This document shows positions 50,033-61,701 of a DNA stretch of 64,000 nt, in pieces. Each line of letters opens with the position of its first letter. The stretch's first letter is position 1. The position numbers and the translations under genes are program-made. Below the pieces are notes generated by a model that was not told where the DNA came from, made no database searches, and was given only the letters and a program-made list of their open reading frames with translations. The stretch lies in assembly GCF_020745735.1 (NCBI RefSeq), contig NC_083431.1, forward strand, positions 24,022,496 to 24,086,495. Direction: 5' to 3'. Source of the stretch: Hemiscyllium ocellatum. Taxonomy: Eukaryota.

Positions 50033-50086
50033 ATGAGTGTACTACCACCTGTCAGAAGAGATCGAATCATACCGGATCTCCCTTCG
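50033..50086 (+). CDS. rab34: Ras-related protein Rab-34, first coding exon (MSVLPPVRRDRIIPDLPS)
   Basis: Acceptor at 50018/50019, donor TCG|gtaaag. Matches the RAB34 N-terminus (human MNILAPVRRDRVLAELPQ); syntenic with rpl23a. Confidence 0.93.
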
Positions 50087-50701
50087 GTAAAGTAGACTTC
50101 TTGTTCTCGTTTGAACCATCACTTACATGGTTCTAGCACGGCATAAAACTGTATATTACAGAACACAATAAAACACAAATTTCAGTATAAAATCTAACCT
50201 TAGTAAACATGCAGGAATATAGGAATTGATAATATAAGGATCATAGCCAGTTTTCAAATAATCCAATTGTAAAATGAAATAGACTGCTGAAATGTAAGTT
50301 TTTATATGACAGCATGTGTCAGATTCATACAGCATTAGCGGATGTTGTTTGTCAGTCTCCCAGTTCAAGCAGTGAAAGTGAGAGCTTAATGATGTAAAAT
50401 AACATTGTAATAGTGCTGATAGTTATCTGAGGTTTGACAGCAAAGACTGGAAATTATAAGTCTTGGACTATCTCTGAGTGATGATGCCACAGTAGCTATA
50501 TTGAAGGAGATGATAGTATAGTGGTAAAGTTAGTGGGTTGATCTTCTGGAGCCATAGTCGAAAGATCTGTTCAAATCCCACTACAGCAGAAATTTTAATT
50601 CAATCAAATCTGGAATAAAAAACTAGCCTAATGGTTTCCACGAAAATATCACCGTCGATTGTTTAAAAACTCATTCAGTGTCCTGAAGCCCTTTGGGGAA
50701 G

Positions 50702-50918
50702 TGTAGTGATTGGAACCAGGGCCAGGTAGATCTCATTGACTATGAAATCCTTGATTGGGGTTGTTAACCTTGGGTAATGGCTGACAGATATAGTTACTCA
50801 GAGGATCTCCTCAGTCCAGGGACTGGCTTTGAGCTGGCTAGTCAGAGCCCATGTATGGTGCACATGTTAATAAAGAGTGATTTGGTGACAGAATACTGGC
50901 CTTTGTGCAGTCATTTCA
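50702..50918 (+). mobile_element. Probable solo LTR nested in an old SINE (~50505-51060)
   Basis: TG…CA ends, internal AATAAA, flanks ggaag/ggaat; the host SINE resumes afterwards. Confidence 0.55.
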
Positions 50919-53227
50919 GGAATGAAATCTGCTATCATTACTTGATTCGGCCTCCATGTGTCTCCAGATGTACAACAATGTAATTGATTTTTAACTGCCC
51001 TCTGGGTAATTAGGATTAGGCATTAAATGCCAGCAACACCCACATCCCATGAATGCATTTTTTTTGTAAAAGCTGAATTTTACTCATACCGTCAACCATA
51101 GGGCTTAACAATAATTTGTACACAAACTCAGCATCTGATTTAATAACACTTAGCAAAATGTTTAATATTTCAATATGCCCAATGGTGATATGGTTTACAG
51201 ACTGTGTTTTTTTTTTCTATATGAAATGAGGCTTCAGGGCAGTGGTGCTGCCACAGTATTGCTCTAAGAATTTCCAATCATTAGCAAATCATTAGTGCTT
51301 GTGGATTGTAAAAAGATACTTTTTGCAAGAATTAAGTAGATTTGATCATCTTGCAGCTGCCAGTGCACCATATAATAATGGAATTCCTGTAAGTAAGACA
51401 CACATTGCAGAGTTCTCTGCTTATCCAAATCCCAGCATTCAGAATAATGCTTTGTTTTTGTTTTTGTTCCAATTTCAGATAATTTGCTTTATACATTTAG
51501 TTATAGGGAACTCATTGGCACATCTGTAAATGGCTTTCCTGGGGAAACCAAAGTGGCTTCCTGTTTAAATTAATTAAATGCAGCAAACAATCACTAAACA
51601 TAATATTGATACAGGTTTGACTGAAATATCTGAATTATACATGTTATTCCAGAGAAGAAAAACACAGGGTATTCGACAATAGCAAAGCAATTGGCTCTCA
51701 ATATTTGAAATAAATCCCCCTATTGTACAGTTAAAGCAGCCTTTATAACTTTTTTAACAAAGCAAACTAATTCAAAATACTCTGGTCATGGTTTTCTGAT
51801 CATAACTCCAATAGGAATCCATCACAAATAAAACTGGTCATGATAGAAAATTTTGGCCCTTATTTTGATCACAGTATAATAATCACCATCTTCTCATCTT
51901 CACCATCTGGAGGAAACATAATGAAGTATATTTGAAGCACAGAGCAACAAAGTGAATATGTGCTGAATGTAAGGACATGGTTGATCCTGATAGCTTGCAG
52001 CAATATTTGCTATCCACGCTGATATAAATATCTGACTGAAGGACTGGTGGGTTGTAAAACTGGTCTAGCATGAGGCTGTACTTTCAGGTGAGGAAGGGAG
52101 GAAATAGAAGAGAAATTGAAAAATAAATAAAGGCAGCAGACCTGCATGAACCAGGTCAAGCTATGACTAAGTACATACAGTTTGTGTTTGCTGAGCTTCA
52201 TTATGTGTCTCTACTAGTGTAATTTTAAGTTGTTACAGGTATGATTTTACAATCATGAGATTTATGTGATAGTCTTGAAATTATGGTGTCAATAAGATGC
52301 TGTGGTTTAAAATAATTGTTTGCTCCTCTACCTCAGGAGTTTCGCCAAGCATTCTTACAATCGGGGTCCCTCACTTTAATTTCAAGTTCCTTCTTATTCA
52401 TACAGACAAATAGCAATGTGAAATACGAACAAAAAACATAAAATGCTGCACATCTCAGTACTATGGATGATACAATTTTTATTCCACCTAAATTGGGGCC
52501 CTACATGTTTGTGCATGTATTGGTTGGAAATGATCTCCAACATTATTTACATCAGTCTCAGTTTTAGGAAATTGCTCTTCAAAAATTACCCTAAGCTCTT
52601 ATTCTTCAAAAAGATTTGAAACATCAAAAAACCCTTTACCACTCCTTTGGTCCCAGTCTAGACTTGTCTTTCAACAATGTTTTTCTCACTTACTACTTTC
52701 ACTCTATTTGCAGGCAAAACTTTAATTGTTAAGTTACAGCCAAGATTATTTCTTACTGTGTGGTCTTGCTTATTCATTTCCTAAAGTCTGCAGGCCAGAA
52801 TCAGCAAACTCCGAATGTTTAAGTATTCAACTAACGCACACATAATACAATATGAATATATCAGTCTAAAACTCCATGTTGGCGTCCTGTTCAGAGTTTA
52901 ACACAAACTACTGAAGTTTTTGGGGAGAAATCATGCCCACCTTAAATAATATTGAATTGCATGTCAAAGATTGTACATTTCCCCACCTACACAGCTGGCT
53001 GATTGACAGAGCACTGGATTGCTGAGCAGCATTCAAATGAATTAAAACAATATATTTAACCTGAGGCAGTTTCTCAGGAGAGTGGAACCCAGTAGTTATT
53101 CTTGACAAAGTTATTGTAAAGTCTTTATCATTTTGTTTTTCTGTATTTTTGATTCTGGACTGAAATGGAAGAGGGACTATTTCAAAACTCAAAGATTGTG
53201 GAAGAGACGTCGGCATTTTAAAAAAAA

Positions 53228-53880
53228 ACGTTAGGATAGTGAAGAAGGCATTTGGTATGCTTTCTTTTATTGGTCAGAGTACAGAGTATAGAGTATAGGG
53301 TCGTGTTGCAGCAGTACAGGACGTTGGCGAGGCTACTTTTGCAATAATGTGTGCAATTCTGGTCTCTTTCCTATTGGAAGGAAGTTGTGAAACTTGAAAG
53401 CGTTCAGAAAAGATTTACAAGGATGTTGCTAGGGTTGGAGAATTTGAGCTGCAAGGAAAGGTTGAATACGCTGGGGCTGTTTTCCCTGGAGTGTCGGAGG
53501 CTGAGGGGTGACCTTATAGAAGTTCATGAGGGGCATGGATAGGACAAATAGGCAAAGTCTTTTCCATGGGATGGGGGAGTCCAGAACCAGAGGGCATAGG
53601 TTTAGAGTGAGAGGGGAAAGATATAAAAGAGACCTAATGGGCAACTTTTTCACACAGAAAACACACATGTGTTTGGAATGAGCTGCCAGAGGAAGTGGTG
53701 GAGGCTGGTACAATTGCAACATTTAAAAGGCATTTGGATGGGTATATGAATAGGGAGGGGATGGAGAGATATAGGCTAGGTGCTGGCAAGTCAGACTACA
53801 TTTGGTTGGGATATCTGGTCGGCATAGACAAGTTGGACTGAAGGGTCTGTTTCTGTGCTGTACATCTCTATGACTCTATA
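53228..53880 (+). mobile_element. CR1 3' fragment
   Basis: ORF 53351-53542 (VQKRFTRML…RRLRGDLIEV) and a ctctatgact tail. Confidence 0.85.
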
Positions 53881-54144
53881 ATTGACCAAAACTCATGTTA
53901 AATGGGGTTTATACTGCTGTTTTGCTCAACCATTGGAAGAAGCTGATTGCCAATGAGTTGGCACCAGGGGGTATGTACAAAGTGAGATTCTGCTGGCAAC
54001 AAGTAGCTGATTGGTTTTGGGAAGTTGTTTCCAACTGTGGATGACAACGACCATCTATCTACTATTAGATTGGCTCCAAAGTAGCTGATAAGCCGGCAAA
54101 TGAAGGACATGGGCAGATTCTTTCAAACCTCTTCTGAAGTACTG

Positions 54145-54655
54145 AATCCAGTTCTGGTCTCCCTATTATAGGAAGGATATTATTAAGCTGGAGAGGGTTC
54201 AGGAGAGATTTGCCAGGATGTTGTTGGGAATGGAGGGTTTCAGTTATATGGAGAGGATAAATTGGCTGGGTTTTTTTTCACTGGAACGTAAGTTTATAGA
54301 GTTTTATAAAATCATGAGGGCTATAGATAAGGTGAATGGCAGGTGTCTTTTCCCAGAGTGGGGGAATTCAAGATGAGGGGGTATAATCCCAAGGTGAGAG
54401 GAGAAAGATTTAAAAAAGACATGATGGACAATTATTTTTTTACACAGTGGTTTGTGTGTGGAATGACCTTCCAGAGGCAGTGGTGGATGTGGGTGCAATT
54501 ACTACATTTAGATAAGTATATAAATAAGAAGTGTTTGGAGGGATATGGGCCAAGCACAAGCAGGTGGGACTAGTTTAGTTTGGGATAATGGTCTGCATGG
54601 ACTGATTGGACTGAAGGGTCTATTTCTGTGCTGTATGACTCTTTGACTCTATGGT
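54145..54655 (+). mobile_element. CR1 3' fragment (second subfamily)
   Basis: Same motifs and tail as 53228-53880. Confidence 0.8.
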
Positions 54656-56959
54656 GTCTTTTTCCATCAGTAGTAAAAAAATGCCTAAAGCCAGTTTATT
54701 TTTCCTCACCAGTTACTGTACGCTAGTCCTTTTAATCAAGAGGGTGAGTAAGTGGAATTGGAGCCACAAAAAGATCAGCCATGATCTTATTGATGACAGA
54801 GCAGGCTTAAAGGGCCAGATGGCCTACTCCTGCTCCTGGTTCTTTTATTCTTATGAAATAGCTAAGAGACTTTGCAATTTGTGAACCAACCACTCTGTGC
54901 CTTCTGCAAGAAAGCGAACAGTATCTGGAGATAAGACGTTGAAGAATACCAAGCTCTGGCAAGCAAAAAAAAATCAGTTCAATGTGTGGACATAGACCAT
55001 TGAACCGCCTTCCCAGTATCTCCCTTCACTTATAATGCTGATGTATATTTTTCTGCCTCTCTCTGTATGTGTGTGTGCATGTGTGTAGAGGGAGTTTTAT
55101 AAAGGATTAGAGTTTTAGCTAACAGAACAATGTATCAATATGTAATAGGGTCTACCTGTAGCTAGAATCAGTTTATTTCTAATATGTAGTCATTCTTGGT
55201 CCATGCCATCTGTTAGCCTAGGTCTAAAAAGACAGGTAATTTTTGTCTATTTTGATGAAATCTTTAACTTTTGTGATGACTCCCAGAATAACAGGGCCTG
55301 ATTTCCAGAGTACTTCTCCAGTGAGAGGTTACACCATGAAAAATAGAGGTTTTCAGAAAAACGAAATTTGTGATTTTATGCCAAAACCATGGAGGTTACC
55401 ATTTTAAGCAGTGAGGTAAAGGATTCCTTTCATGGGCTAAGGACACTGTCCTCACTCGTCATGGGAGATCATTTCAGGCAAAGTCAGTTGTATTTGCTGA
55501 ACGGAATCAGGCCAGAGAAAAGTCCGTGGACTTCTTTAAAGAAAGCTGCAGTATAATTTCATGTCAAGAGCTTATCCCTGGCTGAATGTCCCTCAGAGAT
55601 CCTATGTACAAGCAAATCTTAAGCCCTTCATACAAGCTCACCCTATGCAGGGCTGCAGTTAACCGAACATATAGATGGCCAGACTGTAACAATTTAGATG
55701 GCAATTTATTTGACTTAAGTTTTAATCATGTTATCCTTATAAGACAACTTCACAAGATTTTCTAGTGGAATGGGCAGATATATGTGCTGTCTAAACTGGC
55801 AAAATATGAAGATCACTTCACTGCATTGGACCTAAGACAGAACATGATAACATACAGGAAATGAGAGCACAGTGAAGAATGATGTGGAGGCAAGAGTGAA
55901 TTTGAGGTTTCAAAGATTTTGTTCATTTGAGGAGATAGCCATAATTGCTATTGTGTGGGGCAGCTTTGAAGGAGAAGGCTGAATGGCCTAGTCCTGCTCA
56001 TGTTGGTTGTGTTTTTATTTGAGGGTATAGTGATAATGCGGAGAGATGGAAGTAAATTAGGAGATTGGGCCATGACCCTATTGAATGTGGAGTAGACTTC
56101 AAAGGTCAAATGACTTTCTCCTGCTCCTATTTCTTATGTTCTTAAGGGATATAGAACCAGAGACCTACTGCAAGGCTAATATAAATCTAGTCTTGTTGTG
56201 GTTTGACCCGTACTCACTCACTGACCAAAACAAAAGATCAGCTTCAAAATGTTACTCACTGTATTTTGCAGTGAAGCGGATGTTTGAGGATTTTTTTTCA
56301 GAAAACATTTCAATGTGTTCTTCCTTTATTTTTGTTGAGCTTGAAGAGCAGTAGAAAGTACCACTTCAGCAATCCTTATCACTCACATCATGACCTCCAT
56401 TCTCCATGTTGGTTTAAAATGTCTGCCCTGATCAAATTGACATAACATTTGAGGCAGAGATTCACAGATGTTAATGTTAACCTGAGTGCTACCTGAAAAC
56501 AGATCATTAGGCTGACAATTTGTGAAGAAATCATGCAGTCAACACATGTGCAATCACATAGTTGTAACATGTTTGGGGCAAGACAATATACATAATGAGC
56601 CAGCACTGTGTGAAGGTACCATAGTAAGACATTTTGACACTACTCACATATTATACTGAGTAGGGTAATAAGTTGAATGTGTTGTACTTAAACTTCCAGC
56701 ACAGTGTTTACCTTTATTTATGTATGATCACAATGCAGCAAAGAATTAAATTTGTTGATGGTTGAGGAAATGTAGCGGTCAGTCTTATAGTTTGGGGCTT
56801 GGGACCATTTGTGCACACTTGGACAGGACAATTCATAAAAGAAGCAACTAATCACTTAACAAGATGTAGCCTGCATTTTAACCTAATGTACCAGTTGATG
56901 TAGTGTTTCAGGAGCTATCTCGTTTACTGTATGTTGTACTTCTCATGAACACTGGGCAA

Positions 56960-57340
56960 CTCAAAGTAGATTATGGCTGCTGAAGTGTGTTTGAAGTATG
57001 TTGACTGTTGCAATATAGGATCCGTAGCAGCCAATTTGCACAGAGCAAACTCCCATAAGCAGCAATGACCATATAATCACTTTTTTGTTATATTGATTGA
57101 GGCCAAATGTTGGCCAAAACAAAAGAGTTCAACCACCTGCTCTCCTTTCAAAATAGCTTCATAGACTCTCTACCCGAGCAGCCAAATGTTTAATATCTCA
57201 TCTAAAAGACAGCATCTCTAACTGTGCAGTTCTCCCTCAGTATTGCACTGCGGTGTCACGTATCAACTATTATTATTTGACTCAAGACCTGAAGTGGGAC
57301 TTGAAATTAGAACCTTGTGACTCAGTGGTATGAGTGACTG
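56960..57340 (-). mobile_element. Ancient Deu-domain-type SINE (fragments also at ~45670-45750 minus and ~46200-46280 plus)
   Basis: Resembles the DeuSINE core/tail as recalled (…gctgcttatgggagtttgctctgtgcaaattggctgc…); not verified by search. Confidence 0.5.
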
Positions 57341-57639
57341 GGTCAGCAGGAGCAAAAAGACCGACTACAAAATGGGAAAGCGAGGAAACTTCTGAACTGT
57401 TTCCCAATTTTGCCCTTTCTTTCTTGAGGAGGCTAATGCAGATTAACATTTAGTGCGTGTCCATACTACCTTTCTGTGCAGGAGACTGTGGATTTTGTGT
57501 ACTGGGCTGCCAGTGTTTGTTCAACTGGATAAACCATCATGACCACAACCTTCTGCTGTCCTCACATAAGATCCATTGACATATGCAGACTGGCACAGGA
57601 AACTAGACAGAGATTGACAGCAGCGACTGCACTGCTTGA

Positions 57640-57900
57640 TCGTAGAATCCCTACAGTGTGGAAGTAGGCCACCTCTCCGAAGAGCATCCCACCCAGGCTC
57701 ACTCCCCTACCCTATGTCTGTAACCCTGCATTTCCCATGGCTAATCCACCTAGCCAGCACATCCCTGGACACTGTGGGAAATTCAGCATGGCCAATCCAT
57801 TTAACTGAACATCTTTGGACTATGGGAGGAAACTGAATCCCCTGGAGCTAACCCTTGCAGACATGGTGAAAATGTGCTAACCACTGAGCTATCCCACTGC
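57640..57900 (-). mobile_element. Degraded HE1-like SINE
   Basis: Similarity to 2314-2625. Confidence 0.65.
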
Positions 57901-58060
57901 CTTGCTTGTGTTCCCTTTTTAGCCAAGTGGCATTGAACTGTTGCTCTCTCTAGTCAGACGAATTCAGCACATGCTTATCATTGAATTTAATTAAAATCTA
58001 TCTTCAAATTTTAATTCAGTATATTATTGCAACGTGAGTTGACACCTATTTTTTTTCCAG

Positions 58061-58152
58061 TGTTTCACAAAAGAAGCTGCTCTCCATACCAAGGCCACAT
58101 TTAATCCCAGAGTGAGACGTGCCTGTCAGGATGACCGGACAGGAACAGTTGG
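58061..58152 (+). CDS. rab34: rab34 second coding exon (CFTKEAALHTKATFNPRVRRACQDDRTGTVG)
   Basis: ttttttccag|…GG|gtaagc, 92 nt. Matches human CLRKEAALHGHKDFHPRVTCACQEHRTGTVG. The GTPase-domain exons lie beyond the window. Confidence 0.95.
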
Positions 58153-59045
58153 GTAAGCCTTTTCTGAGATGTTCATTAAGAATACTAAGTTTACTTCACT
58201 AAAGGAGGTAAATTTCATAATATTTTTGTGGTGCACAACAACTTTAAGTGAAAACCTACATCAGTTATAATTGGAGACTGTGTAAGAGAGTGCCAATCTA
58301 AAGTTTACCAGTTCTGAATAGTTACAATGCCCATTCCTGTATGAAAATCTTTTCAAACGTTTCACAGAATTTACTAAGTTTACCATAACAAGTACAAAAG
58401 AAAATGATACTTAATAAAAGCAGTTGGTTTTCACTCTGTCCGCTTCAGGATGCCAGAGCACAGCACTTATTGACTGGGCACACGTCTCTTGTTCTGGTCA
58501 GTTGAAGTTCTGCTTCACTCTTCAGTCTTCCTCCTTGTTCTTCGAGCCACTGAAACCCAGACTTTATTATGGGCACCTGCTCTGAGACATCCTGAGCTCT
58601 AATTGACCTATCCACGTGTGACAGTTTGTGGTCAATCATGGTTTGGCTAGTGTCTGTCTAATTCCTGAGTGGTTTCTTTAACAGTAAAATATTAGTAATA
58701 TCCTACTTATTCTTCATTCATTCTTTGATATGCAAAGAATTCGTAGGATTATTTTATGATACCTTGTCCCTCTCAGCTTACTACCTTCATTTTCCTTTGG
58801 TAAGGATCTGATGAAATAATTTACATACTGCTTAGTATGTAACTATCATTCCAAATGTCCAAACTGATATATCTAAAAGGATCAAACTATTGACAAGAGA
58901 ACCTAACTTATATACACATAGGCCTGTTATATATTTTAAGCCATATCAATATATGCCTATATCCTTGAGCCAAAGCCTTTTACCTGAAAGCAGTTCTTAC
59001 ATGTGTTAGCCCAAGTTTACATCAGCATGAGTCATAAAACCATAA

Positions 59046-59263
59046 GTTGAAAGGTGTGGCACTGGAAAAGCACGGCAGGTCAGGCAGCATCCAAGGAACA
59101 GGAGAGTCGACGTTTCGGGTATAAGCCCTTCATCATTCCTGCTGAAGGGCCTATGCCCACAACGTCGACTCTCTTGCTCCTTGGATACTGCCTGACCTGC
59201 TGTACTTTTCCAGCGCCACACTTTTCGATTCTGATATCTAGCATCTGCAGTCCTCACTTTCTC
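59046..59263. mobile_element. Family A fold-back element in a rab34 intron, hammerhead cores mutated
   Basis: Inverted arms plus tail; TSD cataaaaccataa (59033-59045) / cattaaaccataa (59264-59276). Confidence 0.85.
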
Positions 59264-60249
59264 CATTAAACCATAAACCAATGATGTTACTTATGACCTA
59301 AGCCAAACTGCTCTCTCCCTTATCAAAAATGTTTACAACTAACCACATTCAAATAAAATATAATTTACTTCTTCATTTGCTTAATCAAATCAAAAGTATT
59401 AATTATTCAAAAATATTACAATCCTACACAGTTTGTGAGCATTAGAATGGAACCTAATTACCACTCTGAGGTGAAACTAAATCTGGTTGACATTAAAACT
59501 TGAACTGGTAATCATTTGGACAATTACAGAACATCAGTGGTATTTCCTGTCTTTTCAAAGGTCCAGAGCATTCCATAGTCTTAAGTGCTGTTCTGCTGTC
59601 AAGGTGATTCTGTCTTTCTCTGATTGAATTATCCCAATTACGTTAAATAGTCACTTTATTCAGAGTTTCACTTTATTTTTAAGTGTAATCAAACTTAAAA
59701 AGCAAAAGGCATTTAGCCTGGATTTTCTAAACCCTGAGGATCTAGACTTCTGACACAGCAGTCTTTGGTTCATGGACAATTTTGGCCCACTTTCAAAGCT
59801 GCCCTCATTTCTTTAGAAAGTTTTACACTCGTGACACAAATATTTGACTTTGATACTTGAAGCGTGAATTTCTGGAAGTTCTTCATCACTTACATGAAGA
59901 GATTTCTCACAGAGCCTTCCACAGGAGTCCACTGACCTTAAAAAGGGTGATACACTTGCAGCAGCCTTGACAAGGTTAGAACAGGGCTTTTGCTGTTCAA
60001 GGACAGGAAGACCTGTCTTTGAGCAGTGTGTTATGAAGTCAAAAGCACATATGTTCACTTTAAAATAGAAAGAGTTTTCTGAATTTTGAAATAAACTTAA
60101 AGCGCAGGCTCAGCTGCCCAAGTGGAAAGGCTGGGAGATGAATTGTTCCAAAAAAAATACGTGTAACAATTGGCTGTTAAATGGATACCTCAGTTTTGGT
60201 TGTTGTTTTGAGAACAATTCAAATTTAACCAATTTGTTTAAATTATTAT

Positions 60250-60577
60250 ATTAGATTCTCTACAGTATTGAAACAGGCCCTTTGGCCCAACAAGTTTACA
60301 CCGACCCTCCGAAGAGTAGCCCAATTAGATCCATTTCCCTACCTTATATTTACCACTGACTAATGCACCTGATACAATATGCAATTTAGCATGGCCAATT
60401 CACCTAACCTGCACATGTTTGGATTGTGGGAGGAAACCAGAGCACCCGATGGAAACCCACGCAGACATGGGGAGGATGTGCAAACTTCACACAGACAGTC
60501 GCCTGAGGTGGAACTCGAACCCAGGTCCCTGGTGCTGTGAGGCAGCAGTGCTAACCACTGAGCCACCGTGCTGTCCC
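60250..60577 (-). mobile_element. HE1-like SINE
   Basis: Same family as 2314-2625. Confidence 0.8.
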
Positions 60578-61590
60578 CGGGAAATTATGCCCAGGATACC
60601 AGAAGCCAACAAAATTTGAATGTTATTGTTTTGACGACTGGAAACCAATCAATTTATAAGAATTTAATGAAGCATTGAAGGTATACAAACCCGATATTTT
60701 GAAAATTAGACGGAAAGCAACTGCCATCGATCAGAAGGGAAGAGCGGATAGAAAACACTCTCTATCAAAAGTACCTTTCACGTGAAATTTTTTTTTACTA
60801 TGAAATAACATGAACCAGGGAAATCAGCAGCTGGAAAAGTGAAAACACTGAAGACAGAAACTATGTGGTCTTGAGATTAAGTTAATGTTCAATAAGTTTG
60901 CTATTGGAGTAGCATATTATTTTAGAGTTGGGGTCAGATGGGGGAGCTTGGATTTTTGAATAGTTCTGTTTAATGTTCACTGATAGAGAAAATTGTTGTT
61001 TTTCTTTAAGTAATGCAATTTAGGAGTTCTCTGTCACTCACTAACATTTTGACAGATTATGAGGCGAGACAAGCTTTTCTGGGAGTTTGGTTTTAATTAA
61101 CAGAGGGGTTCGACCTTCACGTTGAAAAAGATGTTAGCCAATGTGATTGGTAGCAGCTTAATCTCAGCAATGCTAGAATATAGTAGAGGCTCTTGCTAGG
61201 ACAACAAGCGGGTCCCAAGGAGAAGATCATGGTTGTAGAATATAGAGGTGAATAGGAGTTTTTGATCAGGGAGGAATTGGGGACTCCAGTGAAGGAGAGA
61301 AGGTGCTGGGATGTTCAAGATACCAGTTCATGAGTTACCGGCCTCTCACCATCACATCTAATTTATTTAAGTCTCGCTCAGAAATACTCTAAGCATTGTA
61401 AAGCTGGTAAAACACAAGGAACACATAATATAAGGCCTGTCCACACATTCCCTGCTTCTCAGATGTCACAGTGTGTTGCCAGAACCTCCAACATTGCCAC
61501 ATTCCTCTTCAGTTTGGGGGTAAGGCTGGTGTGGAGGAGGGAGAGTGGTGCCACATTGTAATGGGGAAAGGGGTGTACCCCTTTTTTTAG

Positions 61591-61701
61591 GCCTCTTGCC
61601 CTGAGTCAGGATATTATTCCGAGCTGTGCAAAACGATCTGATTTCATTTACAATGATCCTTCAGCAGTTGGAGCGACAGCTATCAGCATCAACGTTATCA
61701 G
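61591..61701 (+). CDS. Candidate alternative (cassette) exon of rab34, +37 aa
   Basis: cccctttttttag acceptor, CAG|gtaaat donor, 111 nt, phase 2-2, stop-free in the rab34 frame. Confidence 0.4.

Noticed and set aside
54880-55332. Possible solo LTR (TG…CA); similar candidate at ~58300-58683
   Set aside because: No matching TSD and no second copy to support it.
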